Positions 49,015 to 58,662 of a DNA stretch of 64,000 bases are shown here, in pieces. Origin of the DNA: a virus (lineage: Duplodnaviria; Caudoviricetes); IMG/VR virus record IMGVR_UViG_3300007539_000018, positions 2,180-66,179 of that record; one strand, given 5' to 3'. Positions within the stretch are counted from its first letter, which is position 1. Each line of letters starts with the position of its first letter. The position numbers were made by a program, and so were the translations under genes. The notes under the pieces were generated by a model, which was given only the letters and a program-made list of their open reading frames with translations, was not told the DNA's origin and did not search any database.

Positions 49015-51600
49015 TCACCTAAAGTTCGCTTTCAAAACATATACATGTTCTGCATCAATTCCGTATTCCTTAGCAATACCTTCAAAAGAATCTACTGCTT
49101 TAACTACTCCGATAATCTCACTGGCACTCATATCAATGTTGAAATCTGTTTCCATCTTAGTAATCATGTTTTCCATATCATCATAACTATTTTCACTTTT
49201 CATTGAATGAATAACGGGTTTCGATTTTAATATTCGTAAAGTATCATGTGCCTCAAGTAACTTTCGTTGTACTACGCTCTTAGTAACTTTATCCAACAAC
49301 GCCAATAGTTGTTTAGCCTTATCACTAGAAAAAGTTTCTGTATCTCCTTTTTCAGTTCTAATTTGTAAATTAGTTCCTCTCGTTTTAATAACATCAACTA
49401 GGGCTTGAATTGGATATATGTCAGTTGGGTCATTAGCATTCCTATCATCGTATAAATCACTCACCAATTCTTTATTTTTTGGGAATCTATTTTCTTTTTT
49501 ACTATCTATTTCCCTTTGTCCATCTTTGGGTATTAATCGGTAAATAGAACCCAATATTGAACCGATGTCCTTACTTAAGTTTTTAGTAACCTCATCATCA
49601 TCAAAAACATTCTTTAAGGTAAATAATAAAGTTCTAGAATCTTCATATAGGTCAGAATAATTAGTGATATTATTTGAACCTGCTAAAGTCTGCAAATATT
49701 TAATAATATCCTCAATGTCTTCTTCTTGCAAGAATGCAGTATCTCTTTCTAGTAATACTTTATTTATAGCAGTAATCGCTTTGTACTTTTCACCTATTGG
49801 CCTTGTTGCTGAAATTAACCTAATAGTAAAATCTCCCTCGAAGGGTAAACGAATACCTGCCCTGTATGGAGAAAATTGAGGGGCTAAGAAACAATTAGCC
49901 ATAGTTTTTGAAATGAGATTAATTGATATGCTTATTTCTTCATCTAAATCTTTTGCTTCTTTCATATCAGTTTTATCACTATCATATCTTTGAGAACCTT
50001 TTGAACCGGCTGCGTATTGCCCATAACTAAACCATATGAACGGTTTACCTGAACCTCTACTTACCATTCTATCTTCGGGGTCTTTTGATATTGGTGTTGT
50101 TCCTGCACCTGCCATATTTACATTCACTTGGCTAGAAAGAGTAGTTTTATCTTTTTCTATGAATTCTTTAAATAACTTTAGGAATTCATTTATTGAATCT
50201 TCTGTGTTTCTCGCTTTTCCAGATAAAGCCCGATATTCATTTGCTAAAGCAGAATCATTAGCCATAAATATAGGCAAGTACAATTCATCTCCAATGTCTT
50301 CCACAGATTCTAAACTTTCTAAAAAGTTTTCAAATGTTATATCAACATCTTTTTCTTGCAGGGTAGGGTAATTTGCATTATTGTCAGAAAGGTCATCAAA
50401 ATATTCTTTCAACTCTTCTTTTAATTCTTGTAAGTTGGTATTTACCATTCCGATTTCTTTTAATTGATTCCTGAAGTATATTAAACCTAATGGGTCTAAT
50501 GGGTGCTTTTCATCAAGAGTTTCAGAAAAACCTTCTATTTGAGCAGGTAAAGAATCTTCTTCTATCTTTTCATCTATATCGCTCGACTGTTGCATTTGTC
50601 CTTCTTGGTTATAATACTTACTATAATCAATATTTTCATATAACCCTACATCTTGAACTTCCATAATACCTCCGATATAATTTAAGAAACTTTCAAATGC
50701 TTCATAGGCAACTATATCTATATCTTTCACTGGTACTTCTGTTCTATCAAACTCATGTATATAGTTTAGTTTCTTTCTATTTTCTTCAAGTGAAATGAAC
50801 TTATATAGGGCTTGCATTTCCTTATCCTTTTCTGGTATTTTATCCAACAGTTTAGACAATTGTAGTAATTCTTCATCTAATTGTTGAAAAGAATTATTTC
50901 CCTTACCTATGCCTATATTCTTCCAATATTCATAGGTATCTTCTCTTTTTTCGAAGTTTTTCATGCTTTTTGCGTTAAAAACACTCTTAACATCGAAGCC
51001 AACAACCATTCTAGCACTGACTTGTTGGCTTTCTTTAGACTCTCTACGCCTACTATAAGAGTCCTGTATGCTCTCAAATAGACTACGCATGTTCCGTTTA
51101 ATGACATTTGTTGCTTGTGTGTCAGCAACAAATTCGCTTTTTTTGAGAATATTCTGCCATTTTCGCTTAATTTCATCCAAATCTATGGCTTTTTTACGCT
51201 TATCTCGCTTCATTCCACCATTAACTAACTCTATCTCATCCGGCTCAAAGTCATCCCGTATCATATCAGTAGCCTGTAATTTTCTGCCCATATACCTAAT
51301 TGCAGGTATGCTTCTAATTAAACCATTAAGTAGATTTTCATAAAGGGTAGCAGGAGTAGAAGCCCTACCAACGCCTCCCTTTGCTTTAAAGTAATCTTTT
51401 ATGTCTGCTATAATTTTATTTCTTGCTTTAATTTTGTCATCTCTATCTAAATCAATATATTTTTGGTTGAACATTGGCTCATATTTATTTCTTAACCTTC
51501 TAATTAGTCCAGCCTTAACTTTAGTTAATTCTCTATATTCATCATAATCTAGAACAGATTCATAATTATCTATATAGTTGGGCAAATACTCATATTGCAT
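49015..51600 (-). CDS. large acidic helical protein (861 aa)
   Basis: Long ORF; internal KWQNILKK. Confidence 0.7.
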   Translation of the reverse strand: MQYEYLPNYIDNYESVLDYDEYRELTKVKAGLIRRLRNKYEPMFNQKYIDLDRDDKIKARNKIIADIKDYFKAKGGVGRASTPATLYENLLNGLIRSIPAIRYMGRKLQATDMIRDDFEPDEIELVNGGMKRDKRKKAIDLDEIKRKWQNILKKSEFVADTQATNVIKRNMRSLFESIQDSYSRRRESKESQQVSARMVVGFDVKSVFNAKSMKNFEKREDTYEYWKNIGIGKGNNSFQQLDEELLQLSKLLDKIPEKDKEMQALYKFISLEENRKKLNYIHEFDRTEVPVKDIDIVAYEAFESFLNYIGGIMEVQDVGLYENIDYSKYYNQEGQMQQSSDIDEKIEEDSLPAQIEGFSETLDEKHPLDPLGLIYFRNQLKEIGMVNTNLQELKEELKEYFDDLSDNNANYPTLQEKDVDITFENFLESLESVEDIGDELYLPIFMANDSALANEYRALSGKARNTEDSINEFLKLFKEFIEKDKTTLSSQVNVNMAGAGTTPISKDPEDRMVSRGSGKPFIWFSYGQYAAGSKGSQRYDSDKTDMKEAKDLDEEISISINLISKTMANCFLAPQFSPYRAGIRLPFEGDFTIRLISATRPIGEKYKAITAINKVLLERDTAFLQEEDIEDIIKYLQTLAGSNNITNYSDLYEDSRTLLFTLKNVFDDDEVTKNLSKDIGSILGSIYRLIPKDGQREIDSKKENRFPKNKELVSDLYDDRNANDPTDIYPIQALVDVIKTRGTNLQIRTEKGDTETFSSDKAKQLLALLDKVTKSVVQRKLLEAHDTLRILKSKPVIHSMKSENSYDDMENMITKMETDFNIDMSASEIIGVVKAVDSFEGIAKEYGIDAEHVYVLKANFR

Positions 51601-51602
51601 AA

Positions 51603-53576
51603 CTATTCACTTTCCTGTTTTTTTTCCTTAAATATACGAGCATCTTTTAATAATTTAAAAGTTTCTCCTGAGAAAATGCCTGAATAAGATTCTTTATTTT
51701 TAATTAAGTAGTTTAAATGTAGTTTCAGTTCTTTCTTAAATAGAGTATTGACCTTTTTAAGCCCTATTAAGAGTTTTTTCGACAAGTCGCTTACTGCCTG
51801 TTCCAAGGTTGGGTCTGTAAGTGATAAGGCTTCTCCCTGCTCTTCTAAAATAGAGTCAATTTTTTCAACCTCACTATCTAAATTAGACTGGGCCACTTTA
51901 ACTACTAGATAATAAGCCATAATAAAACAATCAATAATATCATATTGTCTAGAGAGTCTACTGTAATATCTATCTAGATTACCGGAATCGAAAACCAAAT
52001 CAGAAAGGGAGTTTTTTGTCAATATTGCCCTTTCAATTGCAAATTTAATAGAATTTGGTTTAATTTCTGCTTTTTCTGCCGAACCTAAGTCTTCTGGTTG
52101 TAATTCTTCTGGATTTTCTTTAATAAACTGCTTAAAGTTTCGTTCTATGCGCCTAATTGTATTTATTCCTTTTTCATCAACGGCATGGTAAGCATCTCCA
52201 ACTTTAGAAAGGTCTTTTAAATCCTTTGATTCTGCAATTTCTTCGTAGTCGAGATAAATGTCCATCATTTTTTCAGATATTCTCCTGTTATTCAAATATC
52301 TTTCGTAATCTCTATCCAATGCTTCTTTAGCCCCTTCTTTATCTACATCAAAGTCTTTCCTTCTTTGAGAATACGCCACCGTAAATTGTTTTTTACCCAT
52401 AGCAGGTGTTACTTGGACTCCTTCAGTAGCATTCTTAAAAATAGAATCATTGTTTGGTGAAATTAGAATCCCTTTTACGAATCTAATAGATGCGATTTTC
52501 TTTCCACCCGCAGGAAAGTGTATGACTCTTGAAATTCTTTGGTTATTTAAGGTTCTCATATACAAATCTTTACTACCTTTGTTATTTACATTCCCTGCAA
52601 GCATTAAAACATTAAAATATTCTTCGATTTGCTTACCTGTTAATGACCCAATCACATCAACATTTTGTGAAGAGGCAGTTTCCATTTCATCTAATTTTAA
52701 TCTAGCAGTAAATGGTTCTTTACCAAGTAATAATGTTGGCAAAAATGGAGGAATACGGCTACTTATAGTTTCATCATCAGAAATATTACCTATTTTTTCT
52801 GCTAATTGTATAAATTCGCTACTTTCGGTCTTGCTTGAGCCACTTGGAGCATATTTTTCACTATCACTACTAGGAAAAACCTTTCTCCAAGTCTCGAAAC
52901 TTCTGCCGGATATGTTTTTTTCTCCTTTTTCCCAGCCTTCTATCATTTCTTTACCGGAAGGTTCTGCTAAAGAAAGTTCCGCCAAGCCAAAATTATAAAT
53001 TGGTCTTGCATTATCTAAAAACTCATCAACAGTAGGGGCATTTCCTTCTGGAATATTATTAACATATAACCTATAAAGCGGTTTTCTTTTTTCTTTAGGT
53101 ATATCTCTAATAAGGTTATACATATATGTGTTGTTTTTAAACCTATTTGTTAAGTATTTAAATAATTTATCTAAGTTGGACTTAACATCCTTATTAGAAA
53201 AAATATTTTTTAGAGTAGAATCTAATGTTGAAACAGAAGAAGAATATATTTTAGATATATGTTCCCTAATTTTAACAAAGTTATTAAAAATAGTATTGTT
53301 AATTTCTTCTCTACCTTTACCTTCATTATTTTCTCTATCTTTTTTGAGTTGAGTTACCCAATCATCATACAATTTCCTATATTTGTTTGATTTTTTGAAT
53401 GCTCTTTTTAATGACTGATAGGAATTAATATCGCTAAACTCTTGAACCAATTCCATGACTGGTTCAATGTTTTTACTCCTGCCCTTTCTACCAGTAGTTA
53501 ATGCTATTTGAGCATCAGTAGAAGCATCTGAAACTAAAACTAATTTAGTCAAGTCAGAAATCGGGGGAAAACTCAT
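51603..53576 (-). CDS. large hypothetical protein (657 aa)
   Basis: Long ORF, translationally coupled. Confidence 0.7.
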   Translation of the reverse strand: MSFPPISDLTKLVLVSDASTDAQIALTTGRKGRSKNIEPVMELVQEFSDINSYQSLKRAFKKSNKYRKLYDDWVTQLKKDRENNEGKGREEINNTIFNNFVKIREHISKIYSSSVSTLDSTLKNIFSNKDVKSNLDKLFKYLTNRFKNNTYMYNLIRDIPKEKRKPLYRLYVNNIPEGNAPTVDEFLDNARPIYNFGLAELSLAEPSGKEMIEGWEKGEKNISGRSFETWRKVFPSSDSEKYAPSGSSKTESSEFIQLAEKIGNISDDETISSRIPPFLPTLLLGKEPFTARLKLDEMETASSQNVDVIGSLTGKQIEEYFNVLMLAGNVNNKGSKDLYMRTLNNQRISRVIHFPAGGKKIASIRFVKGILISPNNDSIFKNATEGVQVTPAMGKKQFTVAYSQRRKDFDVDKEGAKEALDRDYERYLNNRRISEKMMDIYLDYEEIAESKDLKDLSKVGDAYHAVDEKGINTIRRIERNFKQFIKENPEELQPEDLGSAEKAEIKPNSIKFAIERAILTKNSLSDLVFDSGNLDRYYSRLSRQYDIIDCFIMAYYLVVKVAQSNLDSEVEKIDSILEEQGEALSLTDPTLEQAVSDLSKKLLIGLKKVNTLFKKELKLHLNYLIKNKESYSGIFSGETFKLLKDARIFKEKKQESE

Positions 53577-54025
53577 TGTAATCTTTCCTTAATATAGTTT
53601 CTAATTTCTTGCATCTTGTCATTAGGTAATTTAAGGTTATGTTTGAAAGGCCAATAAAAATTTGACAATACTTTCCAAGCAGGTGCAAAATAATAGTCAA
53701 AATCTTCCATATCCATCACCCGATTTTTTGCCTTTACAAAATCAACTACTTTCTCTCTTTGTTTTTTCCATTTATCTTCATTACTAATTTGCATGTCTGG
53801 TCTTCTATCTTTAACGGCATCTTCGGGATTATTATTTAACCATTCTTCAAGTATATTAAATATTTTTAGGCTATTGGGTTTAAATTTTTCCCATCTAAGA
53901 GTTTCAACCCTTTCCAATTCCTCTTGGTTAAGTCTTTCTCCTTCTTCTACCACTTTAGGGGCAAATCTCATTGTATCTCTAATAGCATCTTCTGTTGATA
54001 TTTTTAATATACTTTTCCAACTCAT
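53573..54025 (-). CDS. hypothetical protein; leader MSWKSILK
   Basis: GGAG RBS; ATGA overlap. Confidence 0.7.
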   Translation of the reverse strand: MSWKSILKISTEDAIRDTMRFAPKVVEEGERLNQEELERVETLRWEKFKPNSLKIFNILEEWLNNNPEDAVKDRRPDMQISNEDKWKKQREKVVDFVKAKNRVMDMEDFDYYFAPAWKVLSNFYWPFKHNLKLPNDKMQEIRNYIKERLQ

Positions 54026-54678
54026 TGTAATCTCTCCTGCATTTTCTTTTTAATATCAAGCCAAATCTCAGGATTGTTCTGTGCTAACACTTCTTGAACA
54101 ACCTGCATTTGTGCGACAATAATTGTATCTTGTCTCTTGTGAACAAGTTTGCCTTTGAACTCAAGTAGATACTTTAATGACTCTCGAACTTCTTTTGCGA
54201 GTTTAGTAAGACTATCAATCTCTCTTGGTTCTAAATCTGTATTAAGGAACAAGTCATTCAATTTATCATCTAAGCGTTGAACATTCGCACTCAGCAAATC
54301 AATCTCATTAACTTCCTTTTTCGCTATGATAGCGGCTGCGGATTGCTGCACCAAAGGTGCTAAGTGGTGCTTCATGTGTCGTTGCACCTGTGTTTTTGTG
54401 ATGTCTAAGGCTTGAGAAATACCCTCACTTGTTATATTACCATTAGAAAGGGCTTCCTCGTAGTGTTTCCGCATAGGGTCAATACATAACTTGCATTTGG
54501 GGTTACTGCTGTTTGTATATTCACCCATGTGATTTCTTTGATGTTGGGCCGCAGTACCACTTCTCCAATCATTTCTTGAATCTAAATCATCGCAACTTGT
54601 CATACCTTGTTCAATTGCGGCTTCCATACTTTCTCTATCACCATGCTGACAAAAGGCACATCTCTTTCTTGTTATCAT
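54022..54678 (-). CDS. putative terminase small subunit (two CxxC...H..H zinc/HTH repeats + coiled coil)
   Basis: CAFCQH...HQRNH and CKLC...RHMKHH, then a helical oligomerisation region; start ATG 54678 after GGGTGA. Confidence 0.5.
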   Translation of the reverse strand: MITRKRCAFCQHGDRESMEAAIEQGMTSCDDLDSRNDWRSGTAAQHQRNHMGEYTNSSNPKCKLCIDPMRKHYEEALSNGNITSEGISQALDITKTQVQRHMKHHLAPLVQQSAAAIIAKKEVNEIDLLSANVQRLDDKLNDLFLNTDLEPREIDSLTKLAKEVRESLKYLLEFKGKLVHKRQDTIIVAQMQVVQEVLAQNNPEIWLDIKKKMQERLQ

Positions 54679-54992
54679 TCTTTCACCCACATCGTTGTTT
54701 TTAAATCACTAGTGTTTCCGCTTAGTTCTTTTGTAGTATATCCGTAGTTTCTTAGTAATTTAGAATACGCTCTTAAACTTTCTTGCTTACCTTTTAGTCT
54801 ATTAAGCCCTGCTTTTTCTTCTCTAGTTCCTAATTCATTAACTACTTCAGTATAAGTTGATATTAGTTTTTCATCCAAATCTTTAGTGTTGATTCCTTTA
54901 CCGTCTAATTCTTCTACAATTCTTCTAATTGTTTCTTTAACTAATTGAAAATTAAATTTCTTTCTTTTTAAGATACTGAACCAAACATCAAT
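54675..54992 (-). CDS. hypothetical protein; leader (M)DVWFSILK, apparent ATT start
   Basis: Frame is open upstream of the track's TTG and carries WFSILK; no ATG/GTG/TTG between it and the preceding in-frame TAA. Confidence 0.55.
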   Translation of the reverse strand: MDVWFSILKRKKFNFQLVKETIRRIVEELDGKGINTKDLDEKLISTYTEVVNELGTREEKAGLNRLKGKQESLRAYSKLLRNYGYTTKELSGNTSDLKTTMWVKE

Positions 54993-56103
54993 CCCTCCAA
55001 AGTTGTTCCATCCAAGATTTCTTTACTGGTTCGGGAACTTTAGTTTTACCCCTGATATCTAAGTAATTACCATTCTTAAGTTTATAAGTTTCTTTACCAA
55101 TCACCTTCATAATTAAGGAAACCATAGCGGCCTTTCCAAATGGCTGTAATTGAAATGTTTCTATGGGACTAGCCAAATTAGGCAACTTACCCACATATTG
55201 AACAATCAACTGTGGTTTTGCAGACCTAGAACCAAAAGACTTTGTTCCGACAGCAAACTGCATACCCTGTAATATAGCAGCCATTTGTTGCAATTTAGGT
55301 TTACCTCCAGAAAATAAATCACTTCTCTTTAACAAAGAAAAAACTTGTTTTCTTACAGAAGGTATAAGAGCCAAAGAACCCGCACTTCTTTGCACCTTGA
55401 GTTGGATATTAGGAATAGGTTTTTTTCGTATTTCTTGTATCGCTTCTGATATTATATCATATAGGCCTACTTTCACCAAGTCGCCCTTCCCATAAATAGC
55501 CTGTGCTAATGGGGGATTAGCAGTATTAGGAGTCTTACTCCACCAACCTTTCTTTTCAGCAAGACCGTATTTATCTTCAAAGTAATTATCTCGATAATGA
55601 CCGTAAATTGTTTGTTTTTTATCATCTAATATATCTATTTTATTTTTAGCACGACTACCTTTTCTTGGTTTCCCTTTACCTACTTTCCATCTTGTCGGTC
55701 TAGTAAAAATAGTATTTCTAGGATTAAGAGTGGGGCTTTTGGTAATACCATCAAGTTTTTCTTTCAATTCCAAAAAGTCTTCTAAGTCATCCACATCAAA
55801 TACGCTTTTATTTGCTATTAATTCATAAATATCATCTAAGGTTTCAAATATACCATCGCTACCAGTATTCTTAGAATTATCTCTAAGGTACTTTCTTACA
55901 TGTTGTTGCAATTGTAAGTACAATGTTTTGGGGTAAGTTTGTCTACCAACTTTGGCGTAAGGACTTCCTGTACTTGCTATATCTTCGGAACTATGCCCAT
56001 TACAAATTTTTTTCCAATCCAAAAACTTTTTCTTAAAATCATAAGAAGGGGCTTGTATTTTATTACCGTTAATATCAACTGTTGATTTCTTCGTCTTCGT
56101 CAT
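54988..56103 (-). CDS. basic hypothetical protein (~371 aa)
   Basis: Start MTKTKK after GGAGGTGA; ends 'VKKSWMEQLWRD'. Confidence 0.7.
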   Translation of the reverse strand: MTKTKKSTVDINGNKIQAPSYDFKKKFLDWKKICNGHSSEDIASTGSPYAKVGRQTYPKTLYLQLQQHVRKYLRDNSKNTGSDGIFETLDDIYELIANKSVFDVDDLEDFLELKEKLDGITKSPTLNPRNTIFTRPTRWKVGKGKPRKGSRAKNKIDILDDKKQTIYGHYRDNYFEDKYGLAEKKGWWSKTPNTANPPLAQAIYGKGDLVKVGLYDIISEAIQEIRKKPIPNIQLKVQRSAGSLALIPSVRKQVFSLLKRSDLFSGGKPKLQQMAAILQGMQFAVGTKSFGSRSAKPQLIVQYVGKLPNLASPIETFQLQPFGKAAMVSLIMKVIGKETYKLKNGNYLDIRGKTKVPEPVKKSWMEQLWRD

Positions 56104-56242
56104 CTTCATCACCTCCGTATTTGATATTGAACTTTGAAGGGTCGCTACCATGACCCCCAAACGCTACACCTCCGGCTTCCTTATTCAAGTTGCCGCAGGA
56201 TTCGCAACAAGAGCCTTTGATTATATCCCACCAAGTTACCAT
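56075..56242 (-). CDS. 55-aa protein with leader MVTWWDIIK (absent from the ORF track)
   Basis: Hand-translated MVTWWDIIKGSCCESCGNLNKEAGGVAFGGHGSDPSKFNIKYGGDEDDEDEEINS; fills the gap between genes. Confidence 0.75.
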   Translation of the reverse strand: MVTWWDIIKGSCCESCGNLNKEAGGVAFGGHGSDPSKFNIKYGGDEDDEDEEINS

Positions 56243-56796
56243 TTGAACATCAACTTCCTCAAAATCGTACCTATTTTGTCTTTACTGAAATCTTTTCTTT
56301 CAATCGTAACTATTCTTCTAACTGGGGAGCGGGAACTACCGTTATCATTCATAAATATCAAATGTAAAACAATATCTACATCTTCCTCTTTACTAGCAAT
56401 AAGTTCGATTTTAATATTACCCTTTGAACTTTCAAAAGGAGTGTACTGGTAATGACTATCACCATAACCTTTCAATTCATGGTCGATTGCCATAACTAAA
56501 CCAGAAACTAAAACATCTGCAAAACCTTCCTTCAAATAATCTAGTAATTCACAATATTCTTTTTCCGTCGCCTTGCGCTTATCGTTCAGGCTATACTTGT
56601 GCTTTATTAATAAAGATGGAAAATCAAATTCTTTTGGGTTTGTTTCATGTTCATGTTTTTGTTCCGAATACCAAGCATTGAAGTCCCTTTCGCAAGAATT
56701 ATCCTCAACATTAACTTTAAGTCGAGAAGTATCTAGTTTACCACCAGTTTTTCCCTTGCCTCTAATTTTGGCATTTTTAAGAATATCCCACCACAT
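56236..56796 (-). CDS. paralog family member 3; leader MWWDILK
   Basis: Shares 'KGK...LDTSRLKVN.....C' with the two upstream genes. Confidence 0.75.
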   Translation of the reverse strand: MWWDILKNAKIRGKGKTGGKLDTSRLKVNVEDNSCERDFNAWYSEQKHEHETNPKEFDFPSLLIKHKYSLNDKRKATEKEYCELLDYLKEGFADVLVSGLVMAIDHELKGYGDSHYQYTPFESSKGNIKIELIASKEEDVDIVLHLIFMNDNGSSRSPVRRIVTIERKDFSKDKIGTILRKLMFKW

Positions 56797-57446
56797 TATT
56801 CCCACCAACTATAACCAAATTTTCTTGCGTCATAAAATCCAGAAACTTGATAAACATTATTAGGCGTTCCTCTCTCAAAATCCTCATAATAAGAATCAGT
56901 TCCTGCGCTTAAATCTTCTCCATTAGACCAACCAATCACAACTAATTGCATTTTATCTTTTGAAATAACCAATGAAGTGGTATTGGATTGAAATTCATAA
57001 AAACTATCAATAACTATACTATATCCGTCAATCTCTTCTTTGTCTTCACTACCATAATCACCAGTTGTAGATTTTTTAAGCATATCAATTGCTTTACATG
57101 CTACATTTTCGGGAACAGGTTCATATTTATAATAAGTCTCTTCATATAAATAAGCATGACTACCCGAATCAAAGTCTTTAGAAGTTGGTTTTTGAAGAAT
57201 AGTAAAATTTTTTGCCCTATCATTCTGTTCTTCTTTGAAGACTGCAAAGTGCTTTTTTAGCAATTCATTACCATTATAGCGTTCTCTCAAAAGCAAACTA
57301 TAATTCTTTAATTTTCTTGCCCACGCTTGTAATTGTTTATTACAATTATCATCTTGGATATTAACCTTTAATCTAGAAGTATCGAGAGTAGAACCTTTAC
57401 CTTTGGCTTTGCCTTTGAGATTTTTTAGAATATCGAACCAACTCAT
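56796..57446 (-). CDS. paralog family member 2; leader MSWFDILK
   Basis: 'KGKGSTLDTSRLKVNIQDDNC', 'PENVACKAI'. Confidence 0.75.
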   Translation of the reverse strand: MSWFDILKNLKGKAKGKGSTLDTSRLKVNIQDDNCNKQLQAWARKLKNYSLLLRERYNGNELLKKHFAVFKEEQNDRAKNFTILQKPTSKDFDSGSHAYLYEETYYKYEPVPENVACKAIDMLKKSTTGDYGSEDKEEIDGYSIVIDSFYEFQSNTTSLVISKDKMQLVVIGWSNGEDLSAGTDSYYEDFERGTPNNVYQVSGFYDARKFGYSWWE

Positions 57447-57883
57447 AGAAGTTTCCTCCATTCTTCCCAATCCTTAGAGAACACATATAATTCAAAAACC
57501 ATTTTGTCCTCTAAGGTTATCTTTTTATTAACAACACATTTTACCAATAAACCACCAGTGAGGCCAAATTCTTCATTAATAACATGATTCAATCTATTCC
57601 AATAACTAACTTCATACCCCATATAATTTTCAACTTTCCGATTTTCAGAATCAAGTGTTATATTTTGAAGGTCTTTTATAATTAAACATGCTACCTCTTC
57701 AGGCATTTGTTCCCAGTTCTCATAGATGTGTGTGACAGAACTCAGCCGACTTTCCATTATTAGTTTTCTAAGTTTCTCTTTACATTCATCGTATTGAATA
57801 TTAACCTTTAATCTAGAAGTATCTAAAGTTTTACCTTTGCCTTTTGCAGACAACTTGGCATTCTTCAAAATATTCCACCACAT
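57443..57883 (-). CDS. paralog family member 1; leader MWWNILK
   Basis: 'KGKGKTLDTSRLKVNIQYDEC', 'PEEVACLII'. Confidence 0.75.
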   Translation of the reverse strand: MWWNILKNAKLSAKGKGKTLDTSRLKVNIQYDECKEKLRKLIMESRLSSVTHIYENWEQMPEEVACLIIKDLQNITLDSENRKVENYMGYEVSYWNRLNHVINEEFGLTGGLLVKCVVNKKITLEDKMVFELYVFSKDWEEWRKLL

Positions 57884-57888
57884 TATAA

Positions 57889-58653
57889 TTACTTCCTTTT
57901 GCCTTCAAACATCTTATCTTTGTTTTTGGGTTCAATCATCTTAATTGACTTAGGAACAGAAGCACCACGCATATTACAGCGTCTAAGAATAACTTCTCCT
58001 TTAACATTACACTTAGTAAAATCAACGCCTCTTAAGTCGCAATCTTCAAATGTAACATTTCCAAGAGTAGCATTCTTAAAATCTGCTCTACTAAAGTTAC
58101 ACAGTTTAATTACACCGGCAGGGTCTTGCTTTCGATAAAAAGCAAAAAGAGCGTTCTTAAAACTACAACGCTTAAATGATATTTTCTTGAGTCGAATAGG
58201 AGTGGTTTTCTTTCCTGTCTTTCTTGTAAACTTACCTTCGCCACTTGGTTTCGGTTCGGGTTTGGATAAATCCAATTCATACTTACCTTTCTTCTTTTGT
58301 CCGGTTTGAGCAATTCCTTCAAACTTAGAACGACCAGTGCGACCTGTTCTATTACTTTCTTTTGCTTCCTTTCGGCTGACTCTTTCTTCTACCAAGCGAC
58401 CTCTTTCATCTCGCTTAGGTGGATATTTCATTTCAGTATATTTAACAGACTTTCTTCGGTCTATCAGTTTACCATTGAATTTTTCACCATCAAAGGATTT
58501 ACCATCCATAATCAAGTATTGTCCGGCAGGTAGTGTACTACTGAACTTTTCTTTTCTATCAACGAATCCCTCAACATGGCCTTCGTCAGTAACCTTTCTT
58601 TTCTTGGCTTCTATTTTATCCCACTTTCGCTTTAGAATACTTTGCCAACTCAT
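57889..58653 (-). CDS. basic protein with C-terminal pentapeptide repeats; leader MSWQSILK
   Basis: 'CSFKN ALF..CNFSR ADFKN ATLGN VTFED CDLRG VDFTK' pentapeptide pattern. Confidence 0.75.
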   Translation of the reverse strand: MSWQSILKRKWDKIEAKKRKVTDEGHVEGFVDRKEKFSSTLPAGQYLIMDGKSFDGEKFNGKLIDRRKSVKYTEMKYPPKRDERGRLVEERVSRKEAKESNRTGRTGRSKFEGIAQTGQKKKGKYELDLSKPEPKPSGEGKFTRKTGKKTTPIRLKKISFKRCSFKNALFAFYRKQDPAGVIKLCNFSRADFKNATLGNVTFEDCDLRGVDFTKCNVKGEVILRRCNMRGASVPKSIKMIEPKNKDKMFEGKRK

Positions 58654-58662
58654 ATAATCAAC

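Noticed and set aside
56236-57883. Diversity-generating retroelement behind the paralog triplet
   Set aside because: No reverse transcriptase in the window, and the shared segment is the constant N-terminus rather than an adenine-mutated variable repeat.
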